From Utricularia gibba (lineage: Eukaryota > Plantae > Magnoliophyta), in NCBI GenBank assembly GCA_002189035.1, contig CM007989.1, positions 5,518,001 through 5,582,000 of the forward strand: a stretch of DNA of 64,000 bases, in the 5' to 3' direction. This document shows positions 12,946 through 27,007 of the stretch, piece by piece. The notes under the pieces were generated by a model that worked only from the letters and a program-made list of their open reading frames with translations, searched no databases and had not been told where the DNA came from. Every line of letters starts with the position of its first letter. The stretch's first letter is position 1. The position numbers and the translations under genes are program-made.

Positions 12946-13279
12946 ACAGCTGTAATTTTTCACAGAAAACTTGCTGACAAATGGGTGAAGTGAAGAAAAA
13001 CAGTAATGACTCTTCTAAGTACTTTCAAGCAACAGGGGCATTTCTATCATTCCCCTTCAGTACAACTTCCCACTCATCTCAACGGTCTGATTTTCGTAAC
13101 TCCCCATCAATAACTCCTCTTAACACTAAAAATCATTTCCCATCAGCATAAAATATGGATAAAATTCTTAAAATAACAACATTAAACTAGAAATTAAAAT
13201 GCTGAAATTAAAAACTTAGCCATGGGTTGCCTCCCACAAGCGTCCTTGTTTATAGTCTTGGACCCGACTTCTCGTGTGG

Positions 13280-16200
13280 CTACGTTTTTGGAGCATCCAT
13301 CAGCTTGATCATCTCCACATTTCCTGTGATCATGTTAGCCTTTTCATAAAAAACTTTCAAGCAATGCCCATTTACCAAAAATCCTTTATTTGAGTCTCCA
13401 TCAAATATCTCCACGACACCATTTGGAAAAATTTCTTTCACAATAAAAAGCCCTATCCATCTTGATTTCAGCTTTCCAGGATGCAATTTCAATCTGGATT
13501 GGAATAATAAGACTTTCTGGCCAATCTCGAAATTTCTCCTGGAAATATGCGCATCGTGATAGCTCTTAGTTCGAACCTTGACTAATTTTGAGCTCTTGTA
13601 CGCATCATTTCTCAACTCTTCCAATTCTGAAAGCTGGAGCTTCCTATGGCTTGCACTAAGGTTGGTGTCCAAGTTCAACTTCTTCACTGCCCACCAAGCC
13701 TTGTGCTCAAGAGCTACTGGTAATCTACAAGGCTTCTCATAGACCAACCAAAATGGTGAGGTCCCAATGGGAGTCTTGTATGTTGTTCGCATAGCCCAAA
13801 GTGCATCCTTTAACCTCATGCTCCAGTCCTTCCTGCTTGGGTTCACAACTTTCTCTAGAATTTGTTTGATTTCCCTGTTGAAGACTTCAGTTTGTCTTTG
13901 TGGATGGTAAGCTGTAGAAGGCTTGTACCAAACATTAAAACGCTTCAAAACACTCCTTAAGGCCTGATTGTAAAAATGTGTTCCCCTATCACTAATCAGC
14001 GCCTTAGGAGTTTCATATCTCGTGAAGATGTTGTTGCGCAAGAAATTAATCACAATCTTTGCATCATCAGTCCGTGTAGGGACTGCCTCAATCCATTTGG
14101 ACACATAATCAACCGCAACCAAAATATAATTGTAACTTGCTAAAGTAGAAAATGATCCAATAAAATCTATATCCCATACATCAAATAGTTCACATACCAG
14201 GATTCCTTGCTGGGGCATTTCGTTTCGGTTTGATAAATTTTCTACCCTTTGACATGGTTCACAACTTTTGCAATAGGCGTAACAATCTCTGAAAATATGT
14301 GGCCAATAAAATCCACAATCTAGAATTTTTCTTGTTGTTCTATTTGGTCCATGATGGCCACCAAAAGGTCCTACATGACAAGAATCAATTATTTTTGGAA
14401 TTTTATTTTCATGAACACACCTTCGAATGATGCCATCATTGCATCTCTTCCATAAATATGGATCATCCCATATGTAGTAATAGTTGTTCCTTGCATGATA
14501 GTCCATTCCTGGTGGCATCACCCCTGTTGAAACAAAATTTGCAAGATCAGCAAACCACGGTTCACGTATGCTAGTCCGAACTGAGAATAGCTGTTCATCC
14601 GAAAATGTTTCAGTGATGATTCCATCTCCTTCACTTCCTTCAATCCTACTGAGATGATCGGCCACAAGGTTCTCCCTTCCAGGCCTATTCTTTATCTCAA
14701 TATCAAACTCCTGGACGAGAAGGACCCATCTGATAAGTCTCGGTTTGGAGTCCTTCTTCTCCATCAAATGCTTCACCGCCGAATGATCAGTGTATACCAC
14801 CACTTTGCTACCTAGAAGATAAGAACGAAATTTTTCCAAGGCAAAAATAACAGCAAGAAATTCCCTTTCAGTGATGGTATAATTTTTCTGGGCCTCATCC
14901 AAGGTTTTCGAAGCATAAGAGATAACATGGTGCTTTCCTTCAATTTTATGTCCCAAAACAGCACCCACAGCATAATTACTTGCATCATACATGATCTCAA
15001 AATCATATTTCCAATCAGGTAGTTGCATAACAGTGCAGTAGTAACAGCCTTTTTCAAAGAATTAAAAGCTTGCTTACATGAATTATCAAAATCAAAGGCA
15101 ACATCATTATGCAACAATCTATTAAAAGGCAAGGCAATTTTCGAAAAATTCTTAATGAACCTCCTATAAAAGCCAACATGGCCTAAAAAGGATCTAATAC
15201 CTTTCACATCAATATGATAAGAAAGTTCAGACATAATCTCAATTTTTGTCTTATCTACCTCAACCCCTTTTTTAGAAATCACATGTCCTAAAACAATTCC
15301 ATGATCCACCATGAATTTAAAACCAAGTTCTTTTCCACACATTTCTTCAAAACATGATCCAAATGGTTTAAGCATGACTCAAAATTTTCTCCATATACCG
15401 TAAAATCATCCATAAATATTTCAATAAAATCATTACCAAAATAAGAGAAAATACTGGTCATACACCTCCGAAATGTGGCTGGGGCATTACACAATCCGAA
15501 AGGCATCCTCCTATAAGCATAAGTTCCAAATGGGCACGTGAAGGTTGTTTTGTCTTGGTCCTGCCTTAAAATAGAAACCTGATTATATCCAAAATATCCA
15601 TCCAAAAAACATTAAAACGATTTTCTAGCCAATTTTTCCAACATCTGATCAATAAAAGGCAAAAGAAAATGGTCTTTCTTTGTCACTTCTTTTAGTTTTC
15701 GATAATCAATGCAAACCTGTCATCTATTTTGCACCCTTTGTGGAACAAGCTCACCTTTCTCATTTTCTACCATAGTCATCCCTATCTTCTATGGCACCAC
15801 GTGAATGGGGCTCACCCATTCACTATCTGTGATAGAGTAAATAATTCCTGCATCATGGAGTTTAACAATTTCTTTTCTTATCACCTCCATCATGTTTGGG
15901 TTAAGGCGTCTTTGAGGTTGACGGATTGGTTTGACACTATCCTCTAGAAATATTCTGTGCATGCATATGGAAGGGCAGATCCCTTCAATGTCATCAAGCG
16001 TCCAATTCACAGGGTTCCTGAACTCTGCGTCAAGAAAAACATATTTTAAATGGTTAGGCAACGGTTTCAATTCAGCTAACCTCTCTTCCTGAGTCTTGGC
16101 TTGCACCACATTTAATTGCCCGAATTTTTCTTCAGCTTCAAATTTTGCAAATAAAGATTCTTCATGAGCCTCTTCTTTTTCTTGAATTTCTTTCTTCAAG

Positions 16201-16690
16201 TGCTCCTCAATTAGTCCATCCATGACATCTACAGCACAAATACTCTCAAAATCACTTGGATAATTCTTCACATCCTTCATGTCCAGTGTGATTTTGTCTT
16301 CATCAAAAGAAAGCTCAATAGTTCCCATCTTCACATTGATGATGGCATTTGAGGTGCTCAACAATGGTCTCCCCAAGATAATTGTCGTGTCCTTTGATCC
16401 TCCAGTGGGCATGTTCACCACATAAAAATCAGCTGGGAGCACAAGATGCTCGATTTTCACCAAAACATCCTCCATCAAGCCTTTGGGCAAAATCACTATC
16501 CTATCGGCTAACTCAATTTGCACACCCAATGCTTGCAATGGTCCCAACCTAAGTACCTCATAAACAGAATTCGACATGACATTTATAGAGGCCCCCTAGT
16601 CTGCCATAGCCCTCCTGATGCATAAATCTCCTATTTTGCAAGGGATAAAAAATGTACCCGGATCTTTACGCTTTTCGGGTAGTTTCCATG
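13280..16690 (-). pseudogene. Athila pol (protease, RT, RNase H, integrase), disrupted
   Basis: Protease motif reads D*GAS near 16600; RT has YRRMPFGLCNAPATF and FMDDF; RNase H has [13 protein letters not shown]; integrase has an HHCC finger, FDVWDIDF and [10 protein letters not shown]; no chromodomain. It is split over several frames. Confidence 0.92.
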
Positions 16691-18513
16691 TTAAAAGGTC
16701 AATATACTCCAAGGGATAAATCTGCCATAGCGGCGTTCACTCAATTTCACCTTGCCCTTCTCTTTCAGCTTTGGTATAGACATGCATAGCTGCTTCAGAT
16801 ACTTGACACTCTTTGGTACAAGGTCAATATACTCCAAGAAAGTTAAATTCAATTGAGTGTTTCCCAATGATTTCAAAATTTTCTCTTTCTCGGTTTGCTC
16901 ATCTTTCAGCTTTAGTCTTCCTGGAAAAGGAGGTTGGGTCACCTTCACTGTGATAGGTTCTAGAAGTACTTCAATTTCGTCCTCACTCTATACAACAACT
17001 TCGTACTCCTCTGTCTCGTTCTCCTTAGTCTCAATCTGGACTAGTTCTCGTCTAGGTTTCTCTTTTCCACTCCTAAGTGTCATAGCGCTGATGTTCGGCC
17101 CTCCACTGGAATTTGGGTTTGGCTTGGGTTGAGATGGTAAACTCCCTTTTTGTTTCAAGTCTCCAAGCTCTTCTGCCAACTGACTTACTTGGACCTCCAA
17201 ATTCCTGATTGCTTGTTGATTTTTAGCTTGATTCTGGATTGATTGCACCATGAATGTCTCCAACATTTCTTCCAATGAATTTCCAGAATTTCCTCCAGCA
17301 TTGCCTTGATTTGAGGCTTGAAATGGCTGCTGTTTATGTTGGTTTTGCCTTTGAAATAGAGGCGCCTGATAAGATCTTTGCTCCTAAAAATTCTGCTGCC
17401 CCATGGTTGAGCTTTCTCCTTTATAAGAATTTTCGTTGTTGCTCCAACGAAAATTTGGATGGTCCCTCCAGCCTGGGTTGTAAGTGTTAGAATAAGGGTC
17501 ATATTTCTTCCTCTGCTGGGGTTCCAAATATCCCATAACCTTAACATGCTCTTCTTCACATAAATCTAGGCACTTATCCGCAACATTTTTCGTGAGTTTC
17601 CGCACGGCATGTTCTTAGCCTGGAATAAGAACAGCTCCTTCATCATTTCTGACATAGCAGCAACATTTTTCGTGAGTTCATTCTCTGAAACCCTGGGCTT
17701 GCTCTCCACTTCATACACTCTCTTGTTTGAGGCCTGCTTCATGATAATATGTCTTGAATGCTCAGTCAACTCCTCAAGCAAGAAAAGAGCTTTGATTGGT
17801 GTCTTCTTCCTTAAAAATCCTCCTGCCGCTGAATCTACCATTGCTCGGTCAATGCATAATAATCCATCATAAAAGTATTTGAACAAAGCATTGGTCTGAA
17901 AACCATGGTGTGGACAGGAACCTAAAAGATGATTAAATCTCTCCCAATATTCGTGCAATGATTCTCCACTCATTTGTTCAACATCACTAATTTCTTTTCT
18001 AATTCCTTCAGCCTTGGAAGCTGGAAAATACTTGCTCAAAAATACCTTCTTCATTCCAACCCAATCGGTTATGCTTCCAGGCCTTAGTGAGTTGAACCAT
18101 GTTTTGGCTCCTCCTTCCAAAGTAAACTGGAAGGCTCTCAAACAAATTGAATCTTCAGTCATTCCAGCTCCCTTGAATGAAGTGCATATCGCTGTTACAT
18201 TATCAAGATGCTCATGGGGGTTTTCTCCAATTTTCCCATAGAACTTTGGTAAAAAATTTATCATCGCCGGCTTCAACTCGTTTGCTCCATCCTCTAGAAA
18301 TCTGATGTATAGAGCCCTGTAAGTATGATCAACAGCATCCAATTCATTCAAGGTCTTCTCAGGTTCAGCCATTTTGAAATTATTGTTGGTCTCGGGTGGG
18401 ACCTGCCTCAATCTGCTCGCTTCCCTAACTCTGACCCTATTCTTGTAGATAGCTCTCTCAATTTCTGGGAAGAAAGTGAGATTACCTGCACCAGAAGAAT
18501 GTAAATGCATCAA
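16690..18513 (-). pseudogene. Athila gag, disrupted
   Basis: ELKPAMINFLPKFYG..ENPHEHL, LRAFQFTLEGGAKTWFNSL, ESLHEYWERFNHLLGSCPHHGF and NTYNPGWRDHPNFRW, with frameshifts downstream. Confidence 0.92.
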
Positions 18514-18542
18514 CTAAAAACACAAAACAATTAAACACCGCT

Positions 18543-18560
18543 CCCCGACAACGACGCCAA
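18543..18560 (-). promoter_or_regulatory. Primer-binding site (tRNA-Asp type)
   Basis: The minus strand reads TTGGCGTCGTTGTCGGGG next to the 5' LTR; the Athila consensus is TGGCGCCGTTGCCGGGG. Confidence 0.88.
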
Positions 18561-18562
18561 TT

Positions 18563-19679
18563 TGATAAACGGAAATTTTAGCATGTCGTTGCATTAAAAC
18601 AAAATTTTCATATCAAATAAATTTATAGCCATAATCCTCACAAGGCACAAATTAAACATAAGATGTACAGTGGAATTCGGGGTCGATCACAAGGAGCTTG
18701 TGCTTATCATGTATTTCAGCAGATGCAAAATAACGATAAGTCTTAGTCTAAGCTCGGACCAACAGTGGTAAACAAGTTCAGTAAATAAGATCAGTAAACA
18801 ATATCAGGTCTTAACGCTAAAGGTAGCAGGTACTAGTTCTAACTCAAAATAATACTAAGGTGCTTTAAGGGTCTTCAGATGGTATGGGGCCAAAATCCCT
18901 AATTTAATCTACCATGTTCCTACACTCGCAAATTCAAATAACCCAAGTCTACCCAGGTCATTCATCATATTTACGGCTAAGCTAGTTCTTCATATCATCA
19001 CCAACATTGCAATTAGATCTACCCGCATGCAAAGCACATAGAACTAGATCTACCCGGTTCTATCCCGGACTAACACCTACTGCTCCCGTCTTGATTTGTT
19101 TATCTACCTCTAAATCAAGCATCTAAGTGTTGAAGCTACTTGTTCCCTTCCTTAGGTCTACCCATGGTTTGATAGAAACAATAGTTAAAAAACAATGGTC
19201 AATTTTATTAAGATTCCTAAATCCACACCACCATGCTTCACCTTAAGGCACTCTTAGAGTTTAACTACTCATGCCTTGAAGGTAAAATGTAATGGCATTA
19301 ACATAAAACAACGAAAACGTCAAGAACATTATGCAGAAGTTGGGTGCAAAAGCTAAAAACATCAACAAGCTAAGATAAAGCAGTAAGGTTTCTAGATTCT
19401 GTCTGCCACTGTTCATAGGCCGGAACAGTGGCGCTGAACTGGGTCTTGATCTTCTTCCTTCACGTTGGAGGTTCTTCTCCAGAAAAATCGCCTTCTTCCT
19501 CCTTCTCCTTTAGTATTCTTCTGTGTTCGTGTTAATCAAAGGATTTAGCCCACTAATCACATCAAAAATCATATTTTTTCTAATCAAATAAAAATACTTA
19601 AAACTATAAAATTATCACTTAAACATAATTAAAATCTATGATTTTTCATATTTTAAAACATGAAAATTTGTATACATCA
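18563..19679 (-). repeat. 5' LTR of the Athila element
   Basis: Homologous to 8930-10145 (6 mismatches counted in the first ~130 bp); abuts the PBS. Confidence 0.9.
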
Positions 19680-21522
19680 TTGTCAATTTTAGCTAACATT
19701 TAGTATACAATTTGATATTGCAACATGCATGAACTTAAAACCTTATAAGAATTAGTTCGTTCAATTCAACTTCAAAACTCATTTATATCTTTATTTAATT
19801 TGTATTTTGTATGAATTATGGTTTTATAAATTTATTTAATATAAAAATGATATTTTTACAATGATATCAAAATTTTTATTTATCAATAATCATCTTTTGT
19901 TTAGTGATAAATAATGTTTTATCACTTATATTTATGATTTTTTAATAACTTTTTTTGATTGTTTTATATATCTTTTGTTTAGATTTCCTTATGCTTTAAA
20001 ATAATTTTTATATTTTTTTTTTACTAATTTGATATTTTTAAAGAAAAATATGTTTTATAATTTTTAAGGATAATTTCAATTGAAATTGGAGGAAATAGAG
20101 ATGACCTTGATGGAAAATAAAAATTGATTTATTTGGATGAAGATTCAGCCCAAGGATTGTGGATTAGATGAAGAATTTGAATCTTATCTTGGAATATATG
20201 TATCTAATCTTAATAGATTTGGATAGAATATTCCTACACCCACTAAGAAAACTTTGTAAAATATTCAAATCTTCTCCCTCTATATAAGTACTTGAACACT
20301 TTCTTTTGAACAGTCCCCAAATCTTCAAATCGTTCTAGAAATTTTAGAATCGAATCTAACACTTTCTTTTCTAGTTTGCTTTGATTTTTCATTATTTTCA
20401 TATGTTATAGTCAAGTATGTGTATATAAGCATTTGAGACTAATGATTTGTGATGAAGCCTTATTGTGTGTGAGTTGTTTTATTATATTCTTTAAAATTTA
20501 ATTTGAGATTTGATTTTATTTTTTACAACATTTTGTTTGCAAACATGTTCTTGATTAACACAAGCTCTAAGAGGATGTAGGAGAATCTTAAATTAACCTC
20601 AAGTATCTAAAGAAAAAGCTCAAATTGGATATCATTGTTCAAGAATATTCAACTTATTTGTTTGCAAAAGTGTGAGTTAAATTGGATATCATTGTTGAAG
20701 CATATTCAACTAGAAAACATTGGTTAAATAGAAGCTTAAATGGCTCTAATGATATGATTGATTTTATAATCTTACAAAATGAAAAATGATGCTATGATGA
20801 TTATCAAATAACAGTCTTTTAGAATAAGACTTATAAAACTTGTATGATGGAATCTTGATTCAATGTTTTTATTTCATGTCGTTTTTAAAATTCATATTTT
20901 TGTTTTAACGTCATTTGTTTTTAAGTCCATTTTAAAAAAATTTGAAAATATCAATTTATTGTAAAGAAAATCTTATTTATTATTTTAACAGTTTATATAT
21001 ATTCATAGAATTAGTGAGTAGGCTTTGCAGTACATTGTAAGTATAGATTGTATGAGAATTAAGTGTAAGTTTGATTGATGGGGAGTATTAAAAGGATTTA
21101 ATATAGAAAGTTATAAATTATTCTATTTAACATGTGTTTAAATAAATGACAGTCTTATGTGAATCACACATAGAAAATGGTATTTATTTAACCTGTGTGT
21201 TTCTTCCTTTACTTCATCCTGAATATTTCACCTACTCCCTAAAATCATACAAAAAACTATTTCACTATATTAATTTTATCTAAAAACAAACATATTAAAT
21301 CTTTTTATTTCAATGTCATAAACCAATGAAGGTCGACGTTGGGGTTTTCTTAAGTGTAAATAAGAGGAACGGAAAACGAGTAAAAACTATTGGTATTTGT
21401 TGGTCAGAGACACTTGTTCTTGCTAACAAAACAGAACAAAATTCTCATTGAGACGCCTGAAATTGGACAGTGAGCCTCCTCCTCATATAATGCACGACAG
21501 CAAACAGCAAGTGGGAATGGCT

Positions 21523-21825
21523 TCACTCCGATCTCACCCGCTCCAGCCGGAATCTCTCCTGAACATCCGATATGTAGCGAGAAGCTCTCTCATTGATGCA
21601 CTCCTCATGTCCATAGAATCCATCAAGCGATTCACTATGGCCACCTTCCGGCACGGCAATGGCGACTGTGGGCGCCGCAGGGGAGTAGACCTGGTCTTGG
21701 TTCACGATCATCAACCGGGAAGATGGGGGAGAGCCCAGCTCCGGTGAGCTTCTGCCCGCCCTGTACATGGACAGAACGATCATGGCTTTGGAGAAAGCTT
21801 TCATCTTAGAGCCATTGGATTCCAT
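21523..21825 (-). CDS. DUF761-type (cotton-fibre-expressed C-terminal motif) small protein, 100 aa
   Basis: Intact single-exon ORF with an LSMYRA N-terminal motif and C-terminal INERASRYISDVQERFRLER. Confidence 0.75.
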   Translation of the reverse strand: MESNGSKMKAFSKAMIVLSMYRAGRSSPELGSPPSSRLMIVNQDQVYSPAAPTVAIAVPEGGHSESLDGFYGHEECINERASRYISDVQERFRLERVRSE

Positions 21826-24634
21826 AGCTAGAAACTACAGTCAGCAGTGATGGAGGTGAGCCTCTGCTCTCCCTGCGCGTTGTATTTATACATGCACCAG
21901 CGCACGGAGCAACATGCTTCCGCAATGTAATCCTCAATTAAATATAACACAGACATGTACACGTGTGACGTACTTCTGCCAATTGCAGCCGCTTTATTCC
22001 CTCGAAGTGAAATGTGAAGGAGCTGCATTGGATTGGATTCCCTAGCAAACAATCAGGGCAATGATCATGTCGTTAACCCTAATTATGATTTTTTTCACGA
22101 CCCTAGATTCCCTAATATTCTATTAGAAAACATGATTTTGTAAGAGAAAAAAAACCCATTAACAAAGACTTTGGAATGGATGTAGCCGTTTTTAAATCAA
22201 GGGGCGGAACAAGGAATTAAACATCATGGACGTGGGAGGAGATGATAAGGAGGGCCATCGCTTTCCATTAAATTTATATACTTTTAAGCTACGATCTCGC
22301 GTATCTGTCGTCGTGTTCGTATATTCTTCATGTCCCCGGGCCGATGTCGACTGCAAACCCACCCTGTGAAGTAAGCTTTGGGGTGTGTTCGTTAAACTTA
22401 CCATTCTGAACCGTCGGTTTTGCTTCATATTTTTAGTTGAAAAAGGTTAGTGGGATCCATTTGGTAGGGATGAGTACCGGAAAAGGGGAGAAGGATAAGA
22501 TCCCTTGATATATTCTACCCGATCGAGGTTTTGGATTTGGGAGGGAGAAGAATCTGAATGAGCAGCTGCTGCTTTTCAGATCAGAGAAGAAAGGGACGGG
22601 GAGCAGGAAGAATGCAATGGCATCTCTCAAACTAGAGGCCTGCTCAATATTGTGAGAATGATGCAGCAATTTGATAAGGTTGTTTCTGATGACTAACTGG
22701 AAAAACATGATACACTTGTGCAAAAAATATACACTTTGCAAAGCATTTACGTAAGAAAAAACAGATACAACGCAAAAGATAGAGAATGTTGCTTTGGCAC
22801 CAAAAGATGAGGAAGATTTTGAACCAATGAAGTACTCTCTTTTAACTATAATATGCAAAAAACCAATGGGATGAAAAAATAGTGGAGTTTGTCCCCCAAA
22901 ATCTAGGCTGATCAATACATTACCTTTAAACCAATGATTATTCTAAATGTTATAGGGCAATATGAGTGTCTTCTCTAACATGTGGATTCATCTTCCATGT
23001 CATCATGATTTGAAGATGAATAAATATTATCATGGTAAGATGCCAACTCGAAACTGTGAGGTGCAAGGGAATCGTTTTAGGATTTTGCTCTAAAAAATTT
23101 CCCCTTCAAAGCTTTCTCATCCACCAATCCTAGTGTATTTTTGAATGTTTCAAGCTGAGGTAGAGGTGATCGTTGAAATTCGAACGAACGCACACGCAAA
23201 GTTTAAATACATAAAAAATATGAATCACATAAAAAAATATTAGATCTAATCGATTATTTGTAATCTGTAATTTTTTTATATATTTAATTATGACATTTTT
23301 ATTTTCCAAGGTGAGATTGTATATTCTAATAATAGTAAATATTTTTGAAGTTTTCTAAATATTGGTATATGCTATTGTAAATTAAACACTAAAGAATAAA
23401 AGATCAAAATATCAAATATATAAAACATTGTCTTAAATGATTTCTCAATTACTTAAAATTTAAGAGACTTTTTGAGCAATCAAAAGTCTCAGCTCACTCT
23501 CAAAACCATCAATGTTTATGAATTGGTATCCAACATAAATTAATTGAAAACCATTTTAACTAGTAATGTGGAGTATCTACCTTTTCTCCAATACCATTAT
23601 ATCAAACGTATGCTTCATTCCTCCATGAAACATTGGATCTTTTATCATAATTATAGCACTTTTTGAATCACCTTAATGTGCTATTCCTCGTTAAGGGGCA
23701 TTAGACACATTAAATATATCACCTAGTCTAATTATAATTTAATATATGTGTACTTGTAAATGGGTAAGAATTTTAAGATTTCCAATTCATTGTTTGCAAT
23801 GTCGAGATCTCACTATACTATGCACTGCAAATGTTGGATTACATTACTCGTACTTTTTGCTCATTTTTAACTACATTCATTCATGCCTTGATGACTTTGA
23901 GTTCAACATTTCAAGCAAACCAATTAAAAGTTTGTGATGCATGAATTAAAAAGAAATTCTTACACATTGTTATTGTTATGTCATAGGTATTAGGCACAAT
24001 AAAATGATCTTGAATATTAATGAAATCATCATTATTATTTTGAACTCTTTTTTAGAGACAAGTAACTTAAAAATGAAAAATAATCGACTTTTTGAGGAAT
24101 AACTTCATGCTTTTGGGGTAATGGAAAGAATCCAAAATCTTGAACATTTTGTGCGGTATGTGTCTGAAGAATCCAAAGACATTACATAAAGATTTTATTT
24201 CATAGAATTCATGTATAATCAATTCAATATAGCCAGCCAGCCCATCATAAAAGAACACTGGACTGCGGTGGTAATGCTGAAATCCAATCTTTTGAATTGT
24301 GCATCTATTGCCCAGTTATATATTTTTATTTTTTACAATCGTTGATATGAGTTAAGTCCAGATTAAAATATCTATTTTTCATGAATATGAGAGCTTATCA
24401 TCACAAAACTGTCCCAAGTCCTCATCACGCACTCATAAGGGTTTCTCTCTGCTAAAACAAACTTTGTGCATTCTTTGGGAATGTGTGTGTGTGTTTATGT
24501 TATAATAAACCGAATTGGCACCTAATTCCCAACTTCTATTGGAACTATTGGAATTGTTTTATTTTATTTTTTCAGTAAGTGAGGTTCTTCGGCGGTAGAA
24601 TTCTCCGGCGGGTTACCCATCCCATTTTGCAAGT

Positions 24635-27007
24635 ATGTTCACAAACCCCGTCAGGACCTCCCCCTTCGTCAACACCTCATTTCCCTTGTCGACGAAGCCA
24701 CCAATTGGCGCCTCGTCTGCGGCGCTCTTCTTGCCAATACGATTCTGGTTCGTGTTTTCCGCTTTTCATTTCTTATGTGGTTTTCTTTTCCCTCGCGTGA
24801 TGGGTTTTCACCTGATAGCATACGCTCTAAGTCCTCCCTAGTCCGCAGAATCTCATGCGATTATTCGTGCTTGGAAGTAAGTTCCGAGATCTCTAAAAGA
24901 CCACGTTCGCTTTTTTTTTTTTTTTATTATTTCTCTAACGATTTTCCCCGTTATTGCTGTTAGTCTTTCGGTTATCCTGTTTGAAAACTGTAGTTTGTTC
25001 GTCATTTTCACACAGGTAGATAGTGTAAACTACAGACCACCGGGGACTAATATTGATGTTTTGAATGGAATTAGTTTGTCTCTCCCGGAGAAAAGGTACT
25101 CTTGTTCCTTTTACAAGTTTAAAAGAGTCCATGTGGCTGGAAGTGTTATCTGTGGCTCGACACTGGGCGTGCTATTGATGGTTGTTAATGCAAAGCTAAA
25201 AATTTAGGAATGAAGCAACTTGTCTAAGTTGCCACCGCCGACCTGACCCTTGTATACTTACATTTTTTATTCAGGCTTCCAATAAAAGCACCTTTACCTA
25301 GAAAATGTTAGTCTCTCTAGATAGCTTAGTGGAGGAGTTGAGAATGTGTTTTAATATTGGGGTTATTTCCCTCAATTCCCTATTGCTAGGTTCTATAATT
25401 ATCACTTTCTCTCAAAAAAAAATATATATATAACTACAAAGGAACCTCTAGTCTGAAAAAATAACCTCAATATTTCTACGCTTGTAGCCTTGGCCTCATA
25501 TTCGGACAAAGTGGAAGTGGCAAAACATCACTGTTGCAGGTGTTGTTCGTGATCTATATCTCCATAGTTTTTAATGTTTTTCTTAACAATGGAATACAGC
25601 TGATTGCGGGACTAGGTAAGCCGACTTCTGGATCAATCTATATTCAAAGATACAGCGATGATGGCCATCCAAACCAACCATCAGAGCCCTTGAACCAACA
25701 GCAAGTTGGCATTGTTTTTCAATTTCCAGAAAGGTAAAAGAACATCATGCGACTTTCAATATATGCTTCTTATTATTCATATGCCATTTTACAGAGAATT
25801 CCATGTTGCATTCAGTTGGTGTGATAGACTTTGCTACCTAAACAGTTTTAACTGCACACATTGTAAACTATATTCTCCCTATTTCGATGTGTGCCACTTG
25901 CTCAAAGCACTCTTCATTCTTCCTGTTCTTCCATGCATTGCGTTTGGATTCTTTTGATAGCTATTTTCTAATCCCTTATCAAGCTATCTGGTTCTTTCGC
26001 ATGCTTGCGCCCCAGTTTTCTTAGAAATTGTTTTATTGTTTCAAATTATGTATTTGGAATTTTGGTGAACCTTTTAATACATTTTATACAGATTTTTTTT
26101 AGCAGACAACATTCTTGATGAATTAATTTTTGGATGGCCAAGACAAAGAGATGGGTTCCAAATGAAGGAACTCCTTTCTTCAAGACTCCACAAAGCTATG
26201 TCATCGGTATAGAGTTTTAACGTCTCATTTAATCTACATGTACCCCTCAATCAACCATCACCGTTACGTGTGCCCTAGTAATTTGTGGATTGCTTCGGAA
26301 TTTCTCTTAGTGCACATAAATGTAATAGGTCGGTCTTACTGGAGTTTCCTTAGAAACAGACCCCAGATCTCTTAGTGGTGGATGCAAGCGCCGTCTTGCC
26401 TTAGCAATTCAGTTGGTAAGCTCATTCATTTTGTGTTTTTTTTGAAGTCTACCATCTTACAGTTTGGTAATGGGAAAGTGCTTTTTTTTTTAATGAAGTC
26501 TGCATTGTTATTTACCATGTTACGCATGTTGTCACATTTTGGGCTCTGTTTCTTTAGGTGCGAACTCCCAAACTGTTAATACTCGATGAGCCTCTTGCTG
26601 GTCTAGGTATGTTCTGAGGGCTAGAATTCAGCGGAAGATAATTCCCCCTGCCCCCCGTTCTAGTTTCTTGTCCATTAAATAGAACATGATAATTATATCA
26701 CCCTTCTCGTAGTCATAGTGGCTTTTTTTTAAAAGATTGGAAGGCTCGAGCGGATGTTGTTAGGTTGCTCAGAATTATGAAGAAAGAGCTCACATTACTT
26801 GTTGTCAGTCATGACATCAGGTAAGTTCTTTGCCACATATCAACTTGTTGGTGCCTTCATTATTACTATTTGTTGTTTAAATGCTTTACTTCTTTCAGCC
26901 ATTTGTGATTTGATTAACTTGGATACAGCGAGTTGGCACCCCTTGTAGACCGATCCTGGAAAATGGAAATGGGTGGAACACTGAGGAGTAAACAGCTGCT
27001 TGTTTGA
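24635..27007 (+). CDS. ABCI11: ABC transporter I family member 11 (NAP14-like) ATPase, probably plastid; 10 exons
   Basis: Exons 24635-24747, 24819-24876, 25016-25095, 25488-25539, 25600-25733, 26092-26206, 26329-26415, 26558-26606, 26736-26820, 26929-27007; all GT-AG and in frame. Motifs: ISCDYSCLE, Walker A GQSGSGKT, VGIVFQFPERFF, LSGGCKRR, Walker B LLILDEPLAGLDW, H-loop VVSHD. Confidence 0.93.

Larger units (their letters stand above)
8930..19679 (-). mobile_element. Full-length, inactivated Athila-type Ty3/gypsy LTR retrotransposon
   Basis: Direct-repeat LTRs 8930-10145 and 18563-19679 with TGAT...ATCA termini; tRNA-Asp-type PBS at 18543-18560; gag-PR-RT-RH-INT order; extra ORF 3' of pol. 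Flanks ttatt / ttgtc could be a decayed TSD. Confidence 0.95.

Noticed and set aside
19700-21300. AT-rich tract with an LTR-like patch around 20080-20800
   Set aside because: No termini, TSD or coding motif could be fixed.
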